DNA of 57,388 nucleotides, counting the filler, from Sphacelaria rigidula (Eukaryota): assembly GCA_964200075.2 (NCBI GenBank). It is 5 parts of 5 records of this genome, joined end to end, with 100 filler letters (N's around TTAATTAATTAA, not from the genome) between each part and the next. Parts side by side here need not be neighbours in the genome. Positions count along the whole stretch, not along the records: positions 11,500 to 22,897 come from CAXNAA020004966.1; positions 22,998 to 34,395 come from CAXNAA020004967.1; 3 more parts are not named here. One strand, written 5' to 3'. The position numbers and the translations under genes are program-made. Positions 11,820 through 24,335 of the stretch are shown here, in pieces. The notes under the pieces are model-generated. The model saw nothing but the letters and a program-made list of their open reading frames with translations. It searched no databases and had not been told where the DNA came from. The first letter of the stretch is position 1. Each line of letters starts with the position of its first letter.

Positions 11820-14099
11820 CTGTTCCGGTCCAGTTCAAGTCAAGAAAAGCACGAACGAAACGACTCGACTGTGTCACGTCTCGACCCTCTGACCGCCCAT
11901 CACCCATGTCCATCTGATGTAACTGCCAAACGTGGTTGTTTCATTTGTCGCCGCGTGAACGGTTCACGAGGTGTAACAGCCCGACTATCCATTCACATCA
12001 CACGTGCTCGAGATGGAACAGTCCGGGGCAGGGATGATGACAGTTGATTCTCACTCTGCTTTGGATAATGACATTTATTCATACCAGAGCACAAAAGTAG
12101 GCATACACAGACCCCGCCGCCCTCCCATGGAACATTTGTAAGGCTGGTCCGGCGAAAATCCGGTGCGCTCCGTCCCGGCTTCGTAGGGAAGCGGGGTCAA
12201 TGGTCTTACGACTATGGCATGCAAGAGTAGGAGAAAAACCCCACCGATCAACATACCTGTTTGGCACGTGAGGCAGTCACTGGGATAGGGGAGGGAAAAC
12301 AAAATCAGAATTGAGAAAAATATTTCACCCCATACACGCACACTCGTCGTGTATTCTGACCAAGTTTGAAAGACCCGTTCTTTTTGGTACTCTGTGCCTC
12401 CTTCCAACCACGCCACCACTGTCTACAATGAATATGGCAAGCCCCCATTTTCCTTGAGTGAGTTCTCGGACTTGAGCAATCTAGATGTCCAGACGTGCAA
12501 CACGCGTGGGTTTAGTTCAGTGGCGCGCGCACAAGCCAACTCGAAAGTTGTTCGAACTATTGCTCTCACTTTTTATCAATATATATATATGTATATATTA
12601 TATGTGTGTGCGTGTTGAATAGAAAGAATACCAGAGTTAACGCCCGGCTTGTGCAGTGCTACAAGCTATGTCCTGAGTATCATCCTATCGCGAGGCCATT
12701 CACACACATACAAGTATACACATAGATAGGAGACGGCCTGCAGTATTCAGAATTCGATGTCATCCTCATACGTACTAAGTATCTTCAGGGGGAACCCATC
12801 GTCATTGTGTATCTTCACAGTGCCCACAAGCGACTGCGCAGACCCGCGGCAGGCACCGATCCCCGTGGGTAGGGGTCCCTGGATGGAAAATTCAGAAGAT
12901 GGAGAAAAAAATAAACACCTCACCTCTAGTCAAATCAGTACTCGTGCGAGCACCAAGTACACAACACACTGCAACTGCGAGAGGGTTAGGAGACCCCAGC
13001 GATCACAGCATCACATTAACCGACACGTCATTACTTGCCACCCATGGTACGTTACGTCGAGTGGTTGGGTTCCATCGAATGCTCTAAATGAGAAAAACAA
13101 CGTCTTGTATCGCGCCGGGGCTTGATTCTCGGTGACTAAGGCGACATGCGTTGTTTTCAGCCTAGCTGTAGTAGGTGTTCCGGGTCGTTACAGGTCGTCC
13201 ATGAGATCGGCAGAGAAACAAAAATTTCAGAACAGAATAAACGAAAAAAACCCGTCGTACTTGGTACGAAACGCGTAAAAACTCGTACAGTAGTTAGGAA
13301 AACAAGCAGGGTACCCTTGACAAACAACCATCGTGCGTCAGAAGGGGTTGGGGCAGTAGAGAGAGAGAGAGAGAGAAAAAGAAGCTCTCTTTCGACCCGG
13401 GCTGTCTGTGCTGCTGCATCACCATCAGCAGCAGCACCCGCGGCTGCTTTGTGAACTAGGCCAGGCTACCGAGGAGCAACGAACACACAGGTCGCCCGCA
13501 CCGCGCCAACCGCGCACCTTTGTTGACAGTGCGCAGACAGCTGAGGCAAGCCGGTACTCGCCGGCGGTGTGAACACACATAGTACTTCGTCTACGGACCA
13601 CTTCACGCGGAGTAGCCATGGTTGCGGAGAACGACCGCAAAAGGTATACTGCTCGAACCACCCGGTGGTGCATGGCTCTTTGAGAATATAGGAGTCCGCA
13701 CTACGTGAAAAAGCTACACGAGAACACTTTTCGATTGCCCGGCACTACTGCAAGTGGAAAGATCCATACCCATGGTCTCGACGCCGTGCACCGCGGCATA
13801 TCAGCATGATAGTACCGTTCGAACATGACAACTATACATGTACAATATTGGAATATGGCAATTCTCCATGGAATTTTCACGCCCACTTTTTTTGGAAAGC
13901 ATCTTCGCCACCTACTACATATTGCCATCGACCAGTAGGGTTATGGCACATGAAGCACACATGTATATAACTATTCAGATACGTGTGTGTTCGAACATGG
14001 AAACACCTGGAAAAACCTCTTGCTGTCCAACTCGATTCCTGCAGTCGAACTTCTGGACAACACAGCGGTACAGCACACTGCACCACAGTGCCTGCTCAC

Positions 14100-14290
14100 C
14101 CCATGTTTTCATCGCCGAACGTGAGGTTGTTCATACAGCCCTGGCTCGCCGCGCACGCTCGGAAGCAGCGCAAGATGACATCCGTGACCCGCTGTGACGT
14201 TAGTACGTTGCCACCCACCACAGCCGCTTTGGGCGAAGGGTTGAGCAGAGAGCCAGGAGGAATGCGGATCTCTACTGGGGCCAGGCATCC
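14100..14290 (-). CDS. OPLAH: 5-oxoprolinase exon
   Basis: [64 protein letters not shown] with canonical splice sites. Confidence 0.95.
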
Positions 14291-14767
14291 CTGTTGAAAA
14301 AAAAAAAAGAAGCAAAAAAATGAGGTCAGCAGACAGGAGGGTGTGATCGTCGTGATTGACATGCCTTCGTTTCTCCTCGAAGCTGCTGGCGCTGCACATG
14401 ATTTTCCGCAGTGTCAAATTTCGCACGGTACATTTTTTCGAGGACATCGTTGTATGCACAATAGGAACATTTTTGTTTTAGCTCTCGTGTCTTTTTTTCT
14501 TATCGTAATTTTCGGTTTCCGTAAAGAACGAACGTGATTCAAACGAAGATATATATTTTGGAACATGGTGAAATATATTTGTCATACATAATGATTCTCT
14601 TTTATTCCTGGCGCTTCTCCTTACACCGTAAACTAGGTGCAAAGGTCCGCGCGCACATAAGACAAGCTCGACGACGACATGTGTCGTTGTGGCTTGGCTA
14701 GAATGATCTTGAGCTCAGACCCACGTCCCCCCATCTGCGCCTGAACTCTAAAGCAGCACATAGCTTC

Positions 14768-14940
14768 GATTGATTGATTCATTGATTGATTGGTGTCGCC
14801 CTTCAACTGACCCCCCAGGTAGTCATGATCCAGGCGTGGTCATATGATAGACGTACCCAAGACAAAACGAAACTGAAACACTCGCTGAAGAAAAAGAAAG
14901 AACAGAAAAAGTAGAACATAACGACATAGAAGACCAAGAC
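14768..14940 (-). mobile_element. 3' end of a non-LTR retroelement with (AATC)n tail (also ~17790-17905 +, ~33500-33635 +)
   Basis: Shared ACCACG(C/G)CTGGA...CCTGGGG...TCAGTT(G/A)AAG(G/T)GCGAC followed by AATC repeats. Confidence 0.65.
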
Positions 14941-15071
14941 GTACAATATATATATTTATAGGTATCCACACTAAAATCAATATAACACAAATAAAGCCTG
15001 ATAACAATTCACATACAAACGAGAAAGGGACAAGAGGCCTGCCTCTCCCTCGCACTTCCCACTAAACCATA

Positions 15072-16100
15072 CAGTGGGGGCCCGATATAGTGCGGGTTAT
15101 ATAGTGCGCGTGCCCGATATAACGCGGGTGAAATCGCTTGGCACAAGTTAGACCCCTCTCTAGTGCGCGTGCCGCACTATTGGGGGCACCCCTCTCTAGT
15201 GCGGGTTTGGTCCACCCCACGACCCTATATTGTGCGGGTCAGACGTCACCCCCGCCCTGTATGCGGTCAAACCGACATGCACACACGCACAAATCACACA
15301 CAACCACGTGAAGTACAGAGTACAGGTACAGTATTTTGACGCCTAGAGCGATCTACGTTTTGCCGCACGCACAGAAGTTACTGCTGTCCTTTTTTGTTTT
15401 TGGCCGGATCTAGCGGGCGCCTGACTTCCGCGTGTGGTAGATGAGTCGATTAGGTTGAGAGTTGGCGCATTTTTCTTCGTGCATTCAGGCCGACCTCGAT
15501 GACGTTTTCTTGGAGCAACAACGGTAGAGTGTGTGAGAAGTACGGACTTTCGGGATGGATACTTCTTGCTTGCTGTTTTTTTTTTCCCGAAGGTGTCTGG
15601 GTCGTGTTGAAGACGGCGTTCCGTTGGGCAGGTGTAGGTTTCGTGCGTAGCTTGAATTATACGGTGAATCCCTGTGATTATTTTCGTAGTCAACAAGTGG
15701 ATGCGAAAGCAGACTGAAACAACCATGGGACTTTGCACACGCAGCCAGCGTGCGAACATGTTATGAACGAAGTACTGTACAATTTTCAACTACTCGTGTC
15801 ATTTTATTCACGTTCAGGATGCGGATTCGCCGATGCGACATGCTGTCCTCTTCTCACCGCGAACAGACGCAGGATTCAACACCTTGCTTGCGTACATACA
15901 CCTTGCTGTTGACTGTTTCCTATGCTTTAAACAAGTGATATCGTCACTAGTGCGCCTTCCCGCACTATTGGGGTTCTGAGAACCCCGAATAGTGCGGAAA
16001 TGCGCACCATTCAGGCCCAATTTTATATCGTGCGCGTGCCCGCTGTAGTGCGGGTTTTACCTCGTGGCACATAACCGCACTATATCGGGACCCCCCACTG
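15072..16100. mobile_element. Non-autonomous Tc1/mariner-type element
   Basis: TIR CAGTGGGGGCCCGATATAGTGCGG...CCGCACTATATCGGGACCCCCCACTG with TA on both flanks. Many subterminal TAGTGCG motifs; no transposase ORF. Confidence 0.85.
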
Positions 16101-16545
16101 TACCCCGTACCCCTCAACAGCGAAACAAAACCATTGCCACTACGGCTACCATTACTACTGTTGCTGCTATCGCTACGAGAGACAGAACAGAAAACACATC
16201 TCGACATATGTGCAAGAACATATCGAATCGCCTTGCGTATTCCTAGGCTAGAACGTCCCGTCGACTTTTGCCCGGGAACTCGGCTTTTCTTTTTCCATTT
16301 GTGACCACACCCCGATTTGCAGTACCCCCGATCCAAGTCGCGATCCTTGCAGCTGCATAGTTGCGTCTGCATCTGCGGTGAGGTAGGTCTGCAGACTCAA
16401 TCACTACGAGAAACTTAAGGTACGAGTGCAACCTCGTGACATACGAAGATGCGAAAAAAAAAGGAGATACAGTACAAAACTTGTATGTCTGGTACACTTC
16501 ACTCCCTCCCCCCTTCCTCGAGTGTCTTGGCAATTGTTATACCTC

Positions 16546-16741
16546 GAAAAATGGTACCACTGAATTGTACCGCATAACTCAGACAGTGGCAAGTGGGAAG
16601 CCTTAACGCTGAGTTATACATCACAACTCATACATTGGAATGACACCACTGAGTTAGTTATACCGTATAACTCAGCCATTGGAAAATGGCACCAGTGAGA
16701 TATACCGTATAACTCAGCCGTCGAAAAATGAAACCACTGAG
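16546..16741. repeat. Hairpin minisatellite (~42-bp period), left part
   Basis: Repeated ACCACTGAGTTATACCGTATAACTCAG-like units. The array continues at 18248-18397. Confidence 0.75.
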
Positions 16742-16936
16742 GGCGTGTCTTAAGGCGCGGATTAGGAAATTATACTTCGATCGAAGAAGTGCTGCGTAAA
16801 AGAAAAGTTCCGATCTAATAGATCGTCATCAATGCCCACTTCATTTGGGCTGAAATGACGACCTGTCACATCGGAACGTTTCTTTTCCACCCCATATTTT
16901 GGATAGAAAAATACTTTGCTAAGATTCACATCCTCA

Positions 16937-17409
16937 GGCTACTTCTTATGTATAAACAAATAGAACGTGTTGAAAAGTGCATTTTTGGCCCTTTTCCGTC
17001 GTTTATCCGCCGAAAAGAGGGCTAGGCGGATGTTGATACCTTGAAATGTCTTGCTCTACTCACTGAGACGGTTCCACAGCACCATTGCGTTTCCCGTAGG
17101 TCACGGTTTCGTTTTTGGCCAAACTTGCATTTTCAACAACAAACGGTCTATAAGTTTGGCCAAAAACATGTCATTTTCCTCCCTGTTTTTTATAGCTTGA
17201 CCGTTTGTTGTTGAAAATGCAAGTTTGGCCAAAAACGAAACCGTGACCTACGGGAAACGCAAAGGTGCTGTGAAACCGTCTCAGTGAGTAGAGCAAGTCA
17301 TTCCAAGGTGTCAACATCCGCCTAGCCCTCTTTTCGGCGGATAAACGACGGAGAAGGGCCAAAAGTGCACTTTTCAACACGTTCTATTTTTGATACATAA
17401 GAACTAGCC
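16937..17409. mobile_element. Fold-back MITE, PIF/Harbinger-like
   Basis: ~210-bp near-identical inverted arms around a ~50-bp spacer, GGC...GCC ends, 3-bp TCA duplicated at 16934-16936 and 17410-17412. Confidence 0.85.
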
Positions 17410-18247
17410 TCATCACCAAAACAGATGGGTCGAAAAAATGCGGCGGAACTATATTTTTTCGTATCTGATACGTCTACCTCATTCATGTTCTCAGATGGCT
17501 TCAACTCTTGGGTATTAATATTCGCATATTCCAATATTCGCGCGACCAGAAAGTGAAAAAATAGGAAAGCGTACAGTAGCTTCTTCGCTCCAAAACATGC
17601 GGTGGAAAAGGCACGAAGGAGCATTTGACTCTTATCTCGCGACTGACTATGGTTTCTGCGCAGGACCTTTTCCACTTTTCCACCGAAGCCGTGTGACAGA
17701 GGCCGACCATTCCTATTTTTGTCTATAATCTGTTTCTTTTTTTCCCCTTTTCTCAGTACACTCTGTTGGTCTGTTGTACCTTCTCTATTTTTCTTCACTT
17801 GTCTTCAGCGAGTGTTTCAGGTTCGTCTATCATGTGGATAATCACCACGCCTGGATCATGACTACCTGGGGTATTGGATCAGTTAAAGTGCGACCATCAA
17901 TTAACCACATCAGATGAAATCCATCTTGCCGACCACCGCGCAAGACAATACCCGTTCACGAAACCAATCGAACAACACGATTTATTCTCAGCTACCACCG
18001 CAACCCTGCAGGATAGAGCACGAGTTGAGTACAGGGATACACACGCTGCAGTCAGTAGTTGGGAACCGGCAGTATAGCCCTCTTGGCATAATGTGCTCGC
18101 TTTTGTTCGAAGAACGAATTGTATCTTCTCTCTCTGGTACGGGTCAGCGACGGAATTTGCGTCGTGGGGTTGGCCGACTTGCGTACACGCTCGTGGACAG
18201 TACAAGCAGCACAAAACTGCACGTTGATCGATTCCTTGTCACATACT

Positions 18248-18397
18248 TATAACTAAGTCAGCGAAAAGTGACACCACTGGGTTTGCACCGTGGAACTCAG
18301 ACAGAGGGGAAGGGTACCACTGAGGTATATCGTGTAATTCAGCCAGTAGAAAAGAGTACCGCTGAATTATATATACCTCAGCGCTGAGTTGTACCGA
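18248..18397. repeat. Hairpin minisatellite, right part
   Basis: Same ACCACTGAG...CTCAG unit as 16546-16741. Confidence 0.7.
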
Positions 18398-18760
18398 AAC
18401 AAATTAATTCGAGTTAAGGTTAGCCGAATTGTACGACGTGTGAAAGTTTTCAAACATAGCGGCGACGCGGCCGTCCTTTTTCGAGAACACTTCCAGAAAT
18501 TACTGAAAGCAAACTGTTGTTGTTGTTGTTGTTGCTGTTGATGTCGTGTTCGCTGTCTGATTCACACCCTGGACAATATACGGTCAATAGATGCAATAGA
18601 CGAAGAAATGTACTGCATAAAGTATAGGCCTATTGTAATTATTGTCGGCCGACCATAGGCGCAGCAGACCTATACTTTATGCAGTATGTTTCTTGTCTAT
18701 TGCAACTATTGACCATATATTGTCCAAGGCGTATGGTTTGATTACGTTTCGTACGCTCAC

Positions 18761-18874
18761 CTGATTTAAGGGGACATCGGCCGCATCTCCGGGCAGCAGG
18801 CACCTCAAAGCGTAGATAACCGCCGATGCTGTCACAGCAGGGGGCGCGTTAAGGTTACCGAGAACTTCGGGACC
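18761..18874 (-). CDS. OPLAH: 5-oxoprolinase exon
   Basis: [38 protein letters not shown]; 114 nt, phase 0/0, canonical splice sites. Confidence 0.95.
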
Positions 18875-19497
18875 CTGAGAGAACAACAACCCCAACGAGC
18901 CGAAACGAAGAAACGGAAAGTTGTGTATACTGTAGTTGCGACAGCAGTAGTATAATAACTGAGAGCCAACTCCTCAGTATCCTTCCATCGGTCGATTGGC
19001 CATGAAATATTTCGTCAAGGGTGTATTGGTGTACTCATGATCATGCATGCAATAGGACCTGGGTGTGTTGGGTGGGGTAAATACACGGGTATTTGCTCTC
19101 CCGAATTTCGTGTTGCGATCGTCCGATCTCCAAACCCTCCCCAAATATTGGGTACAGTTAGGTATGACCGCATCACTCTTCCCAATATCTAGGTATTGTT
19201 GAGTACGATCTCAATGCTCGACCCAAATTTTGGGCGCTCAGAGTACTCGTCTGATTTTTCAAAATATCCAAATATTCGAAATACCCTACCCAATACATCC
19301 TTGAAATATTCCAAAATAAGGTTTGGGTGATGAATATACGTATATGTACAAACACGTACGCACGTGCAGTTTTGCACGTAAATACGACTCGCTCATTTGA
19401 TGTCAACATTTGACTCATTGAGCGCCCGCAGATTAACAGGTACGTCTGATTGTCATCAACCAGGCGAGCACACGACTGCTAACTCGATGACAGGGGG

Positions 19498-19569
19498 GGG
19501 GGCGTTCTCATGTGTTGCTTGCCTTAGTCGTCTGAACATTGACCACGCATCCCTTTCGAGACGGAGCAA
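19498..19569 (+). mobile_element. Extremely 5'-truncated LINE insertion with TSD
   Basis: Matches the LINE 3' end at 33143-33215. AACTCGATGACAGGGGG is repeated at 19481-19497 and 19570-19586. Confidence 0.75.
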
Positions 19570-19729
19570 AACTCGATGACAGGGGGAGATGGAGATTGCA
19601 TGTATGATTCACCTTCAAGACTCCTGACGCGCGTCACGCTGTAGTCTACCGTGCCATGATTCGTGAAGTGTTTTGTTCTCTTTTTTTTCTTTCAGATTGT
19701 ATGCCGCGCTCAAGATTAGACCCACTCAC

Positions 19730-19837
19730 CGTGCCTTCGAAGTCGAAGATGGCGGACCGCGTGTTCCGGTCGATGGTAACCGCCAGTTGAATGGGGGTGC
19801 CATCATCCATAAAGTCTTCTGCGGTCACGCGACCAAC
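19730..19837 (-). CDS. OPLAH: 5-oxoprolinase exon
   Basis: VGRVTAEDFMDDGTPIQLAVTIDRNTRSAIFDFEGT; 108 nt, canonical splice sites. Confidence 0.95.
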
Positions 19838-20045
19838 CTGAAGGCAACGAAAAAGATTTACATTATTTTTATTTTCCAAACAAAATGGGGAAGAAAAAAA
19901 ACATGGAAACATTACTACTGCAAATTCTGACTATCGCGTTTTTTCCTGTTTCTACAAATAACGACAACAGCATGAATAACAACAAGAGCATGTTTTCAAC
20001 GGAAGGCTTTGGCGTTCCATCCGCTGCTTCATACGACACACGCAC

Positions 20046-20111
20046 CTCCTCCAGACCCTGCTGGTGCGAGAAATCCACCAGCATTTGCCGCACGGCCTCT
20101 TCCGCATTGTC
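20046..20111 (-). CDS. OPLAH: 5-oxoprolinase exon (most 5' exon seen)
   Basis: DNAEEAVRQMLVDFSHQQGLEE; TAG acceptor, GT donor, in frame with the next exon. Confidence 0.9.
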
Positions 20112-20922
20112 CTACATTGCGCAGGGGAAGAAAAAGCGTGAGCAGTAGCTTCATGTACAACATGTAATATCAATAAATGTGTGGTTGTTTCTTTGGCGCA
20201 CGTGTTATATACTGATACATTGAGGTCTAGAAATATGAAACCAAGCACCGGTCCGGTCCGGCCCGGTGAAGAGCGGGGGCAAGCGGATGGGAAGGACAAC
20301 TTGGACTTGTGAAAGGTTTTCAAGACATGCACGTGCAGCTACTGTAGAGAACAGTCGTATCGACACGGAATTTCATCCCCGAAGCATTCAACAACAGCGG
20401 ATTTCGCATCGCTCACCGTCTCGCAGGTGAAAGGCCATGGATTTTGAGAGTGCTTGAGGATAACGTCGCTGTCCTTCGGTAGAACGATCGTACTACCTTG
20501 AGTCAGGCGCAAGACTGCTACCTACCTACGATATCATCTGCTGGACCTGTGCTTTTTAGGAGAGGAGGATGACGCTGAAGCTACAGAGTTTATACGATAC
20601 TACCACTACTACAGAGGAATGTATCGGTAACGGTCGCTTTCAGTGTCATGTTGTTGCTCAGTAGCCTCGTTATTCTTCCCCTGAAACTGCCGGTAATGTG
20701 ACTATTGCGAAGTTGACTGAAGATCTCACGAAACAGAGCACCACCGATGTCTTGCTCCACGAGAAATGCGGACATCTCCTTGGTTCCGTGCACAACGGGC
20801 TCACGTTCCCACACACGTTCTTTTCCTCGCACACATACGACCGTGACTTCGGCAACTACCCCTCCCTCCCTCACGAGATTATGATTTGGATTATGACCCT
20901 GCCTCGTTTCACTGCTTTTACT

Positions 20923-21323
20923 GCCGGTCACCCCGGTGACTCAGTTGGCAACCTCGTAACCTTCTGACGGTTGGGTGGTGGGTTCGAATCCCGGTGATAT
21001 CGCACATTTTGGGATTTTTTCTCACATCATGCCCAACAGTGGAGAGCGACTGTGTCTTGGGTACACAAAAAATCGACTTGACGGTCGACGAGGGAACGGG
21101 ATCGCTGAACCCCTCTGGCGATGGAAATAAAGGCAAGCACCGCAGAAGGAAGGTGGAGTACTAGAACAAAATAAATAAAGGACAAACTCCTGTGGTGGCC
21201 TTCCTCCTGTGTGATCCCGTCTGATGCGCCCACATATACCTCAAGGTGTAGACTGGCGCCCAGAATAGATGGGATGACAACACAGACACAGACACAGACA
21301 CACACACACACGCACACACACAC
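20923..21323 (+). mobile_element. tRNA-derived SINE, full length, with ACACAG/CA tail
   Basis: A-box TGACTCAGTTGG, CTTCTGA anticodon-like loop, B-box GGTTCGAATCC and a simple-repeat tail. Collinear with the minus-strand copy at 51648-52003. Confidence 0.85.
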
Positions 21324-21494
21324 TATTGTCTTACTTCATCAACCCATGTTACGCGAAGGGGGAGTTGGGTTTGACACAATATGTGCAGAGCGACAGTACT
21401 GTTACCCGTGCACTGATTTTTATTGTAATGAGAACCTCATACCACTCCTGGCGAAAATATAAGTCGCACTCGGATATGCGGAAGTGTGAGGCAC

Positions 21495-21930
21495 TCTAAC
21501 ACATTGTCCCCTCTAACGCGTTCCGTTTCTCCTTGTATAATTCACATTTTGCCACTTCAAGAGTTATACTCCCTATCGCTTTACCACAGGGGAAATTCTG
21601 TGCAATTATCTCCTACTCCACTCGATGACCGGTATACCTCTTCCCTCTTTCTGGCAGGGCCAGGTCCCCCACCCCGAAATCGCAGTTTCAATATTTCGCG
21701 GTGTCCATTGGGCCATGCAGATATGTTTCCATCCTTATCCCCTCGCCCAACACCTCCTTAACTCTTCAGGTGTTCTTCCTCGTCTACTTCCCGTCTTCGC
21801 GCTTCTTTTTCTGTTTTTCCTTTGATGGCCCCTACTTTCGTCTTGTACCCGCCGCATTCATCTGTGGAAATTATCTCGTCTTGGTTTCCTCCCATGTCCT
21901 TCCATAATTCCTAGACTACGCTATCCAAAC
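21495..21930 (-). mobile_element. LINE ORF2 C-terminal remnant
   Basis: Decayed translation ELWKDMGGNQ...METYLHGPMD...LKLRFRGGDLALPER...PCGKAI...AKCELYKEKR (region after the RT with a decayed CCHC finger). Same family as 33225-33500. Confidence 0.7.
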
Positions 21931-22897
21931 TTATTATTACAAGTTGGGGGAGGGGGGGGTGTACTCATGATCATGCATGCCATAGTCATGAGACAATTGA
22001 CCTCGCATCCCTACAAAGGAGNNNNNNNNNNTTCGGCGAGTCGCATGAAGGATGAGCTGCACCCTGCTAAGATTGTTCGGCCCGAAGCCTAGTGATTATA
22101 TTCGATTCGGATGACAGCCTCCAATGAGTTGCTTTATTCTTTGGTATCGCCACTTCCAGAGAGAACCACGGCTTATACACTGTTTCATGGGTGTCTCACC
22201 ATGGGGGGGGAGGGTGAATTCATGGCATCCCTGGGTTTTCCATGATTCTGCCACCGCAGACATCATTTTTTGGCCCTGAGGCTTGTTTTTTCAGGAGAGC
22301 TAGTCTTCCTTCTGTTAGATTGTTTCTGGTTGCCCTCTCAGCAGCGCCTCCAGCAACGGGCAGGTTCATCTCAACACGGGAAAGTCTCTAACCGGAGGTT
22401 GCCACGCAAGAGCTCTCTCAGCCTCTTCTTCGGTTGCTGTCGTCGAGGGTGATTTTGTGCCATTCCGAAAAAAAGCAACGGTGTCGGCAATCGCGCGGGG
22501 ACGCCTCAAAAGACGATGAAAGCGTTGCTAAAAAAAGAAGTGAGAAGTGACTGAGCTATAGAGTAAGATGCCGATATGTACCTTATATTATCGCCCAGAG
22601 TGGTCTGTTCCTCGAAACTGAGGACATATCTAGGCGGGAGGGAGAGTACAGCCGGAAAAGCTCGTCAGTATACATCGGCTACTCTTGTGAATGAGGTACT
22701 AGCTTGCGGCTACTGCAATCCTAATGGTATTCCCCGAGAAACAAAGCTGTCCGCCTCAAACGTGGGCCTAGGCGCTGTCTAACGGGTAATAATTGAGAAA
22801 AAAATGGGGAGGGGGGGGGGGGGCCTTCCTATTTTCTGCTTGCCTTAGGACGTTAGCAAGCGCGCACACATGCGTTTGGGGACGGGTGTAGGTAGGG

Positions 22898-22997
22898 NNN
22901 NNNNNNNNNNNNNNNNNNNNNNNNNNNNNNNNNNNNNNNNNTTAATTAATTAANNNNNNNNNNNNNNNNNNNNNNNNNNNNNNNNNNNNNNNNNNNN
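22898..22997. other. Artificial scaffold linker
   Basis: N44-TTAATTAATTAA-N44. Confidence 0.98.
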
Positions 22998-23091
22998 TAG
23001 AGGTCCTGATTGCAGTCGATAGAGCGCTGGCAAGGGGAGTCGCCCTACTCGGAGTGAAAGTGACGGAGATTGAACCCCCACGACTAACGTT

Positions 23092-23182
23092 TGTGATGGT
23101 TTCAAGAGACAACCAACTAGACTATTGACCAGTCAGCGCTGACTGATCAGTAGTCTAGTTGGTTGTCTCTTTAACCGTCACA
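23092..23182. repeat. Near-perfect 91-bp palindrome with TGTGA...TCACA ends
   Basis: Arms are symmetric about AGCGCT with only a few mismatches. Confidence 0.9.
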
Positions 23183-23185
23183 GGT

Positions 23186-23383
23186 CTCCTCCTCGTATTT
23201 CAACTACACTCTCTCAACTGTCTCCCAGTGGCAGCCGAACTCCGCCGCGGCGTTCTTGTATGCACCACGCTTCAGAACCTCATCGACGCTGCGCGTCAAT
23301 AGGTACCGAATGATTTCTTTTCTCTCTGGATCATCCAAATTCTTGCGTTTTTGCCCCTGCGAGGCGTTCTCAGCAGCAGACAT
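23186..23383 (-). pseudogene. N-terminal HTH fragment of a mariner-like transposase
   Basis: MSAAENASQGQKRKNLDDPERKEIIRYLLTRSVDEVLKRGAYKNAAAEFGCHWETVERV*, resembling the DNA-binding N-terminus of plant/stramenopile mariners. Truncated at the palindrome. Confidence 0.55.
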
Positions 23384-23699
23384 GTCTCACCAGCAGAGGA
23401 AGGCTTTTGGGCGGTGGTCCAAAGTTGGGGTGGTGGATTCGAGCAACGTCTGCGGGGGTGTGATGAACTTTTTCGGTGTGACCTCTAGAATACAGCGGTT
23501 CTGTGCGTTCCGCAGCGGCGCTCCAAAAGCAACACAAAAACGGTTCGGAAAAAGACCTTCATACGCCCGACTTAGACCGCTTTTGGTCCGAACCTTGCTT
23601 ATATATCCGCCCAGACGGAGTATATCAACAGTCTAGAACATTACCCGAAGATATATGTATCACGGGCTGTTCACAGATCGAACATCGATGCACACCCCA

Positions 23700-24335
23700 C
23701 AACAGTATTATTCTCAGCTACCACCGCAACCCTGCAGCAAAGAGCACGAGTTGGGCACAGGGATATAGGTACACACTACCGTTGGTGGGTATGATGCATT
23801 TCTTGTTGGTGGAAACTCGAGCATCTTCTTTCATGGTCGCGACATCGCGCGGCGACGACAGATACGCGGGGTGTAGGCGCGGTGGAGAACAACCGGTCGC
23901 CAATTGCGCATATACTCTCACCATATATATGCATGGACAGCAAAAACATAGTGCAGGTCGTACGCGCAATGCAAGCTGCACGTTGTTCAAGTCCTTTTCA
24001 CGTCGCACTGTAGATAGAGAACATATGTATATGTATATATATGCATTGTCCTGCGCTGTCTGTACTGTACTTTTCTCCTTTCCTTTCATGCCGTACTTAC
24101 TGGGTGCGCATATGCTGTGAGGACGCGCGTGTAATACTGGAGTTCCTGACGGTATATAACACCCCCATATATCAAAATAAGCTGCAGGCATCTACATTGC
24201 ATGTATAGCCAGCCATACGTAGCACATATGTCGGGATAATTCTGCAGTACATGGCGCTGCACGTATAAGCACGGTATAGGGCGCTGTCCCGCATGGTATT
24301 GTACAGTCCAGTACAGTTTATTGTTGTGAATACAT
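23700..24335 (+). repeat. Outer part of long inverted arm (partner 29405-29950; partial third copy ~17980-18200)
   Basis: AAGAGCACGAGTTGGGCACAGGGATATAG and several downstream blocks recur reverse-complemented and in order at 29405-29950. Confidence 0.8.

Noticed and set aside
16546-18397. CRISPR-like array of palindromic repeats with spacers
   Set aside because: Units are degenerate, linkers are only ~15 nt and resemble each other, there are no cas genes, and the context is a eukaryotic intron.
20923-21000. Functional tRNA-Arg gene (also at 45798 and ~51930-52003)
   Set aside because: Stems are imperfect and each head continues into a shared SINE body.
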